Source: a virus
Lineage: Duplodnaviria; Heunggongvirae; Uroviricota; Caudoviricetes
Length of the DNA: 4,244 bases
IMG/VR virus record: IMGVR_UViG_648276659_000008
Direction: 5' to 3' (one strand)
Position numbers and translations under genes: made by a program. Below are positions 1 to 4,244 of this stretch, piece after piece (positions within the stretch are counted from its first letter, which is position 1; each line of letters begins with the position of its first letter). The notes beneath the pieces were generated by a model. That model ran no database searches and had not been told where the DNA came from. It was given only the letters and a program-made list of their open reading frames with translations.

Positions 1-1741
1 CATCGAATGTTTCCTGGTATGTTGCGTCGCCCATTACCGCGCCACAATCAGGGCAGTTGCCGCCGCCGGTCTGACCGCAGGCGGTGCAGACTTTTTCCAC
101 TTCCTGTTGCGCCACTGGTTCAGGATGTTTCGTTTCTGGCTCGTTTTGTAACGCATTTGGGCTGTTTTGTTCCGCTTTCTGGCCGTTCTGTTCCGTTTCT
201 TGCTGGTTCTGATTCACTGAATCGCGGGTTTCAATCCCCTTCACCCATTTCGGATCATTCGGGTCGCTAATCCCTGCAACAAATTCACCACGTGATACAG
301 CAAGCAACTTATTGGCGTCAGGCTGGCTGATATTGGCTGCCTGCATAATTTTGTTTACTTCGTCAGCGGTAACTTTTACCGGCTCTGGTTGTGCGATCGT
401 GTCAGATGCACCAGTATTTTGTTGTGAACCTGAGTACGTGCCGTTTTTACGTGCGAAGTATTCCTCTTTTGTGATTTCCGTAGCTCCCAGGGCCAGTGCT
501 TTTTCCAGACCAGAAAGTTTGTTTGCGCGACCGTATTTTTCGCCGTCCTTATCGGTGAAAAGGAAGTAGAACGGTCCCTCACGCTCTACAGATGGTTCGT
601 CTTCCACTTCGCATTCGGTTTTTTCGTTGTCCGGCATTGCCGTTTCCACTGCATCAGTTTCTGGTACTGGTGACGGGAGAGTACCAGCTGTGCCCTGATT
701 TGTTCCTTCGTCATCTTCAAACACGCCCTTGGTAGTCAGGTATTCAGTGATGTATTTGTTCAGTGCTACGGGATCTTTGTGAATGTCGATCGGACGCTCA
801 CGGACAAGGCCAAAAATAGTCTGACGGTCGTAGCGAACGGCATCGGGTTGTTTGCGCATTGATGCGGAAATGCGCTTCCAGTCTTCGCGATCTTTGTCGA
901 TAACTTCATTTTTTGCCCGGCGATGGATGCTGCCGTCAATGTTTCCGGTATCAATATCGCCAGGCCAGAGAGCGTAGGCCAGTTCTTCATCCAGCGTTTT
1001 CCATGTCTGCTTGTATTCGCGACAAATGGCGGCAGTGACTGGGTTGATTTTTCCTGCTGAGTTTTCAGTGTGCTGTTGATTGACTCTGGCGCGGGCGAGA
1101 TCAACAACAGACGTGTATTTTCCAGTCTCTTTGCGCTCTGCGTCCTGCCGTTTTTTCCAGTTACGTAATTCAGCCTGAATTTCTGGCCATTTGGCACCCG
1201 GATTACATTTGTGTTTAACCCATCCGATAGCGAACAGTTTGCGTTCCGGATACATAGCGTTAATTTCAGGCGTTTTCATCAGTGCTTCAACGATATGCCC
1301 GTCAAAGGTAGCAACGTCTTCCTGCAGTAATTCCTGCGCGTCAATCGCCATATCAACGGTGATGTTTTCACATGTACCGAACTTAACCAGGACCGCGTTC
1401 TGTACTTCAAGGGACAGCTTGTCAAAATTGACGTTCATCGGATCGGATTCTGGTTCGACCGGAATAAAGGAAGCGGATTCCTCATCCCAGCGGTTTTCCT
1501 GCATATATTCAGCATCCCAGGAATCTAGGGCAGGGCGGGGTATACCGGGTTTATCCTCGCAGACAAGAAATTTATAAGCGCAGTCCTGAGCAGCCGGATA
1601 ATGTTCCAGGAATTGCCAGTGAAATTTTGCGCGGGCGCGACGTTCATCACCGGCTTCAATGGCAGTGGCTACAGCGACTGCACCTTCTTCCTTTATTGCC
1701 TGTTCGTCCGGAATGGCGGCGCAAATAAAGACTTTACTCAT
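1..1741 (-). CDS. ydfE: Large prophage early-operon protein, YdfE-like; partial, C-terminus runs off the window start (580 codons in window)
   Basis: Manual translation of the minus strand from ATG at 1741..1739 (MSKVFICAAIPDEQAIKEEG...) gives no in-frame stop down to position 2. SD-like GAGGT 8 nt upstream. The six-frame track omits it, presumably because it has no stop in window. Symbol is by synteny only (gene after ydfD); I do not recall the YdfE sequence. C-terminal region has CTAC-x7-CPDC (nt 44-88) and a Q/E/N-rich low-complexity linker. Confidence 0.7.
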   Translation of the reverse strand, partial: MSKVFICAAIPDEQAIKEEGAVAVATAIEAGDERRARAKFHWQFLEHYPAAQDCAYKFLVCEDKPGIPRPALDSWDAEYMQENRWDEESASFIPVEPESDPMNVNFDKLSLEVQNAVLVKFGTCENITVDMAIDAQELLQEDVATFDGHIVEALMKTPEINAMYPERKLFAIGWVKHKCNPGAKWPEIQAELRNWKKRQDAERKETGKYTSVVDLARARVNQQHTENSAGKINPVTAAICREYKQTWKTLDEELAYALWPGDIDTGNIDGSIHRRAKNEVIDKDREDWKRISASMRKQPDAVRYDRQTIFGLVRERPIDIHKDPVALNKYITEYLTTKGVFEDDEGTNQGTAGTLPSPVPETDAVETAMPDNEKTECEVEDEPSVEREGPFYFLFTDKDGEKYGRANKLSGLEKALALGATEITKEEYFARKNGTYSGSQQNTGASDTIAQPEPVKVTADEVNKIMQAANISQPDANKLLAVSRGEFVAGISDPNDPKWVKGIETRDSVNQNQQETEQNGQKAEQNSPNALQNEPETKHPEPVAQQEVEKVCTACGQTGGGNCPDCGAVMGDATYQETFD

Positions 1742-1833
1742 TTTGTTTTACCTCATTACAGATTTAAGGGTGAACAAATCCCTGCCATTGCTGGCATATA
1801 AGAATGAAACCGGATATTTATTACGGAACTGTT

Positions 1834-2025
1834 TTAAAGACCTGCCGGGATTTCGTTATTATCCTGGTGAATGACTTTATCGACCGGGTAACAGTTACCG
1901 GGAATTTTCTGTTCGGTTGCTGCAGTCACACACTCCTGCATTGTCCTGTGAACACTGACTGCAATATCAACTGGCTCTCCGGAAACAAGAAAAACTGTCA
2001 GAACAAGTGCAAATGCTGTATTCAT
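1834..2025 (-). CDS. ydfD: YdfD-like small prophage lysis protein (63 aa) with hydrophobic signal/TM-like N-terminus
   Basis: MNTAFALVLTVFLVSGEPVDIAVSVHRTMQECVTAATEQKIPGNCYPVDKVIHQDNNEIPAGL. Closely resembles my recollection of K-12 YdfD, and is 63 aa as in K-12. AAGGA SD 8 nt upstream of ATG at 2025. Its start overlaps the dicB stop as ATGA (translational coupling). The track ORF begins at an upstream in-frame ATG (2079) that lies inside dicB and is less likely. Confidence 0.8.
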   Translation of the reverse strand: MNTAFALVLTVFLVSGEPVDIAVSVHRTMQECVTAATEQKIPGNCYPVDKVIHQDNNEIPAGL

Positions 2026-2210
2026 TGTGCACATCCTTTTTGTATCGGACGTAAACGGGCCAGCATTGAAAGAATGCATATTTTATTTAATAACTCCCGT
2101 TCGTGTTTTCTCTTGTTAATGGCATCTTCAGTAAATACAGGGTTACTGATAGTGACACCAATTTCAAAACAACCTTCAGACGTATTAACGTTTGGTAATA
2201 ACGTTTCCAT
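2022..2210 (-). CDS. dicB: DicB cell-division inhibitor (62 aa)
   Basis: METLLPNVNTSEGCFEIGVTISNPVFTEDAINKRKHERELLNKICILSMLARLRPIQKGCAQ. Near-identical to my recollection of K-12 DicB over most of its length. GAGGA SD 7 nt upstream of ATG at 2210. Position (~180 nt downstream of dicF, immediately upstream of ydfD) matches the Qin dicB operon. Confidence 0.93.
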   Translation of the reverse strand: METLLPNVNTSEGCFEIGVTISNPVFTEDAINKRKHERELLNKICILSMLARLRPIQKGCAQ

Positions 2211-2227
2211 TATCGCGTCCTCAACAA

Positions 2228-2384
2228 TGAATTTTGTGATGCAGTGCCTGGTGCCTCCAGGTGACGTTAACCAGTTAACAATTAACGCCGGGTTAGTTGA
2301 TGCTCGTTACGCCCGTAAAATACCGCCTTACTGCTTTAACTGTTCCGCGTGCGCATAGCCGCATTCACCGCATCACAAAATTCA
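2228..2384 (-). repeat. 15-bp perfect inverted repeat pair bracketing the dicF-dicB spacer (arms 2228-2242 and 2370-2384)
   Basis: Plus strand 2228-2242 tgaattttgtgatgc is the exact reverse complement of 2370-2384 gcatcacaaaattca. In the minus-strand transcript one arm sits just 3' of the DicF terminator and the other 5 nt upstream of the dicB SD. Confidence 0.7.
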
Positions 2385-2388
2385 CTTT

Positions 2389-2446
2389 AAAAAGGGCGGC
2401 AGAGCAGTCACGGAGTAAAACTGATACCGCCAAATGTCACCAGAAA
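2389..2446 (-). ncRNA. dicF: DicF small regulatory RNA (53-nt body 2394-2446 plus U-tract to 2389)
   Basis: Minus-strand sequence UUUCUGGUGACAUUUGGCGGUAUCAGUUUUACUCCGUGACUGCUCUGCCGCCC followed by UUUUU matches the DicF sRNA as I recall it, with GGCGG...GCCGCC terminator-like pairing. Sits between ydfC-like and dicB as in Qin. Confidence 0.9.
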
Positions 2447-2781
2447 ATTGATAACAGAGGGCGTTGTAGCGGGGTTGTCACTTAAGCGTATGGTCAACCT
2501 GACAACCCGGTGCATTTTCTGGAGCAATGGAGGAAACCCCAGCCATACTTACCGCCGCGCCATTTCGCGGAGTGCCACAACCGGAAGCGCACGGTCGAAC
2601 TAAATTTAACGACACCGTACAGAGAGACCAATTTCGCCGTGCGCTTTCGCGTTATGCCCTGACTTTTCAGGGACATATCCTTTCAGTAAACTGTCAGTGC
2701 CGGATGCTCACCCGTGTCCGGCGCACGCACTCCACCTGACCAGTGGAGAACTCCTTAATTACCAACCCTCAGGAGGGTGAA

Positions 2782-3060
2782 ATGGATAAAAAGCAAATTG
2801 AGGCCCTGCAATCTATTATTGAAGAACAAGATGAAGCTATCAGGATTCTTTCATATCGCACTGATATGATACTAAATATGCTTTCTGCATTAACGGCTGC
2901 GCTTGGTGGTACAAAAACAAACGTATACCGCGAAGTTGTTATTCAACAGATAGATAAATTTGAAAAAACCATACCAGGTATTAATGCTCATCTTGCAGAA
3001 CAAGAGAAAGACCATGCTCTTATGGCAATTTCTTCAGTAGCTCTCCCGAAAGTTGAGTAG
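2782..3060 (+). CDS. Hypothetical acidic 92-aa protein, antisense to the operon; AT-rich moron-like gene
   Basis: ATG at 2782 preceded by perfect AGGAGG SD (2771-2776, 5-nt spacer). Open frame of 92 codons in AT-rich DNA (about 37% GC by manual count, against roughly 43-55% in sampled flanking segments). MDKKQIEALQSIIEEQDEAIRILSYRTDMILNMLSALTAALGG... is predicted helical with one short hydrophobic stretch. I recognise no family. Confidence 0.6.
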   Translation: MDKKQIEALQSIIEEQDEAIRILSYRTDMILNMLSALTAALGGTKTNVYREVVIQQIDKFEKTIPGINAHLAEQEKDHALMAISSVALPKVE

Positions 3061-3421
3061 TTTTAATTGTTGTTTTGAAATAATCACTGCTTTCACATTT
3101 GAGTGATTTCATGGCAATCCAAATGCGGGCCTCTGTGCCTGCATTTGGTTCCAGTTGCTGTAGACGTTTTGCGTCTTCCAAAAGTAAGGCGATAATGTGT
3201 TTCAGCTTCTCATCATTTGCTTGATTCTTGTTTTCAGGCGAATTCTGTCCGCCGAATAGGCGCTTCTCTTCATACAGACCTATAAAGGCACGACGCACGT
3301 TACCGGATATAGTATCGATGGTTTCCTTTTCTACAGTACTCAGGTCAAGAGTCGCCAGTTGAGAGCGAACCACATTCGCTGCCATTTCCTGGAATGGCAT
3401 TGGTAAATCTTTAAATTCCAT
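3020..3421 (-). CDS. Hypothetical 133-aa protein in operon orientation; its 3' end overlaps the convergent plus-strand gene by 41 bp
   Basis: ATG at 3421 with GAGG SD 7 nt upstream; 22 nt downstream of the ydfC-like stop. MEFKDLPMPFQEMAANVVRSQLATLDLSTVEKETIDTISGNVRRAF..., soluble and helical-looking, no family recognised. The last ~100 nt (3020-3120) are much more AT-rich than the rest of the gene. Confidence 0.7.
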   Translation of the reverse strand: MEFKDLPMPFQEMAANVVRSQLATLDLSTVEKETIDTISGNVRRAFIGLYEEKRLFGGQNSPENKNQANDEKLKHIIALLLEDAKRLQQLEPNAGTEARIWIAMKSLKCESSDYFKTTIKTTQLSGELLKKLP

Positions 3422-3443
3422 TATTAGCCTCGTTGGTTAGCTA

Positions 3444-3662
3444 TTAACGTGGGTATGTAACCATTCTGGCAATGCTTAATGCCGCTGCTTTTTCCAGCCT
3501 GGTGATATCCTGCTCCAGAGCGGACAGATTTTCAGCCTGCTTAGTCCTGGCTTCATTGGCCCATTTCAGATCCTGCACTGCATTAATTTTCTGGCGCATC
3601 CACTCATAAAGTTCATCATCGGTATAGTCTGGCGCGATGATGACGGGTTCTCGTTTCTGCAT
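3444..3662 (-). CDS. ydfC: YdfC-like prophage protein (72 aa)
   Basis: MQKREPVIIAPDYTDDELYEWMRQKINAVQDLKWANEARTKQAENLSALEQDITRLEKAAALSIARMVTYPR. GAGGA SD 8 nt upstream of ATG at 3662. Size and position (third gene of operon) match Qin ydfC; sequence identity is a vague recollection only. Confidence 0.8.
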   Translation of the reverse strand: MQKREPVIIAPDYTDDELYEWMRQKINAVQDLKWANEARTKQAENLSALEQDITRLEKAAALSIARMVTYPR

Positions 3663-3691
3663 ACTGATTCCTCGCGGTGCTGTTTCGCTTA

Positions 3692-3820
3692 TCAGCCGTT
3701 AGATTTTCCCGAACTGGAAAGCGCCTGTTTAAATTCACTGAAGCTGAGAGCTTCTTCGCCTTCGGCAAGACCATCGAAGTATTCTTCGTAAGCCTTTTCC
3801 ATGATTGTGTCGAAATCCAT
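3692..3820 (-). CDS. ydfB: YdfB-like small acidic prophage protein (42 aa)
   Basis: MDFDTIMEKAYEEYFDGLAEGEEALSFSEFKQALSSSGKSNG. ATG at 3820 lies 1 nt after the ydfA-like stop (TGAtATG), with GGTGAG SD inside the upstream gene. 42 aa as K-12 YdfB. Not in the ORF track (below its size cut-off). Confidence 0.75.
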   Translation of the reverse strand: MDFDTIMEKAYEEYFDGLAEGEEALSFSEFKQALSSSGKSNG

Positions 3821-3821
3821 A

Positions 3822-3977
3822 TCACTCACCTGAGTTTCTTTCCAGCCAGCGACGGGCACCATTTTCGGTTTTAAACGTTTTGCTTTTGGTATACGTCATC
3901 GCGGTGAATGTGCCGTCCTGGTTGGGAAACACGCCGTACACCAGAGATTCGTTGTTGCCAAGCTCGATAGTATCCAT
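3822..3977 (-). CDS. ydfA: YdfA-like small prophage protein (51 aa), first gene of the operon
   Basis: MDTIELGNNESLVYGVFPNQDGTFTAMTYTKSKTFKTENGARRWLERNSGE. GAGG SD ~8 nt upstream of ATG at 3977. 51 aa and first after the promoter, as Qin ydfA (Rac ydaF is a paralogue). Not in the ORF track (below its size cut-off). Confidence 0.8.
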   Translation of the reverse strand: MDTIELGNNESLVYGVFPNQDGTFTAMTYTKSKTFKTENGARRWLERNSGE

Positions 3978-4048
3978 GCTGACCTCATTTCCCCTTAACG
4001 CCGGGTGGCGGAACTAAAACCTACAGCGCCGTGCTGTTCTTGATAGAA

Positions 4049-4077
4049 ATATTAGTAACGCGGATATTTTAAGTCAA
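4049..4077 (-). promoter_or_regulatory. Sigma70 promoter of the dicB-type operon: -35 TTGACT (4077..4072), 17-bp spacer, -10 TAATAT (4054..4049)
   Basis: Minus-strand read cTGTTGACTtaaaatatccgcgttacTAATATttc; both hexamers 5/6 to consensus with optimal 17-bp spacing, ~70 nt upstream of the ydfA-like start. Inverted AAATAT/ATATTT arms (4047-4052, 4064-4069) overlap the -10 and spacer and could be an operator. Confidence 0.55.
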
Positions 4078-4174
4078 CAGTATGGCGTATGATATTTTTG
4101 ATTTGGTAACTATGTAAATGTTTTTTCAAGGGAAAAATATTAGTTATACAGCTGATTTGCAGAAGTTATGGCAC

Positions 4175-4210
4175 AAAAAAACCCGCCAAAAAGGCGGGTT
4201 TTTTTTTTTT
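4175..4210. terminator. Bidirectional rho-independent terminator (A7 - CCCGCC aaaaa GGCGGG - T12)
   Basis: Perfect 6-bp GC stem with 5-nt loop, flanked by an A-run on one side and a T-run on the other, so it works as an intrinsic terminator on either strand. On the minus strand it would end transcription coming from a gene beyond the window end (expected immunity repressor, dicA-like). Confidence 0.8.
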
Positions 4211-4244
4211 GGGTGGGGGGGGGGGGGGGGGGGGGGGGGGGGGG
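4211..4244. other. Terminal poly-G homopolymer (gggt then G30); probable sequencing or assembly artefact at a contig end
   Basis: Uninterrupted G run at the extreme 3' end of the window directly after a T12 homopolymer, typical of two-colour chemistry poly-G read tails or a homopolymer-induced contig break. Confidence 0.6.

Noticed and set aside
312-1801. Track ORFs 312..569 (+), 376..582 (-), 766..1197 (-), 1191..1577 (+), 1601..1801 (+) and 7..270 (+)
   Set aside because: All lie inside, antisense to, or out of frame with the 580-codon minus-strand ydfE-like ORF. They lack SD sequences and have Arg/Cys/Ser-rich compositions typical of shadow ORFs.
1742-1833. Short hairpin TGCCA-ttgc-TGGCA in the ydfD-ydfE spacer as a terminator
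   Set aside because: Only a 5-bp stem with no U-tract, and ydfE-like has its own SD immediately downstream, so read-through within the operon is more likely.
2026-2079. Upstream ATG at 2079 as ydfD start
   Set aside because: It lies within dicB and lacks an SD. The ATG at 2025 has an AAGGA SD, an ATGA overlap with the dicB stop, and yields the 63-aa length I recall for K-12 YdfD.
1804-2358. 184-aa Cys-rich plus-strand ORF and the 1659..1874 (+) ORF
   Set aside because: Antisense to ydfD-like, dicB and the dicF flank, which are supported by recognisable sequence and SD signals. No ribosome-binding site; composition is not protein-like.
2297-2739. Track ORFs 2297..2485 (+), 2494..2676 (-) and 2527..2739 (+)
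   Set aside because: They overlap the DicF sRNA or its structured leader, have no or badly spaced SD sequences (1-2 nt spacers), and encode highly basic low-complexity products.
2743-2781. GTG at 2743 as start of the plus-strand gene (track ORF 2743..3060)
   Set aside because: No SD upstream of the GTG, whereas the in-frame ATG at 2782 has a perfect AGGAGG at optimal spacing; the shorter 92-aa form is preferred.
3082-3108. AU-rich hairpin (AATCACT-N13-AGTGATT) as terminator of the plus-strand gene
   Set aside because: The stem is weak with a 13-nt loop and no following U-tract on either strand, and it lies inside the 133-aa coding sequence.
3616-4017. Track ORFs 3616..3825 (-), 3677..3874 (+) and 3805..4017 (+)
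   Set aside because: They are out of frame with or antisense to the ydfA/ydfB/ydfC-like genes, which have proper SD sequences and match the expected Qin gene sizes.
4211-4244. Poly-G tract as a biological G-quadruplex or contingency locus
   Set aside because: Its position at the extreme end of the sequence straight after a poly-T homopolymer is far more consistent with a sequencing or assembly artefact.

Overview
This window reads as the early-left (dicB) operon of a Qin/Kim-type lambdoid cryptic prophage from an E. coli-like enterobacterium. Almost everything is on the minus strand, transcribed right to left from a near-consensus sigma70 promoter (~4049-4077): ydfA-like (51 aa), ydfB-like (42 aa), ydfC-like (72 aa), a 133-aa unknown gene, the DicF sRNA, dicB, ydfD-like, and a long ydfE-like ORF (580 codons, open to the window start). 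The one exception is a 92-aa, AT-rich ORF on the plus strand (2782-3060) that converges on the 133-aa gene with a 41-bp 3' overlap. From my memory of the K-12 Qin locus, ydfC is followed almost directly by dicF, so this ~1 kb two-gene block looks like an accessory insertion and is the best candidate for an undescribed system here. The right end has a bidirectional intrinsic terminator and then a poly-G run that is most likely a sequencing or assembly artefact. Gene identities rest on recalled sequences and synteny, not on any database search.
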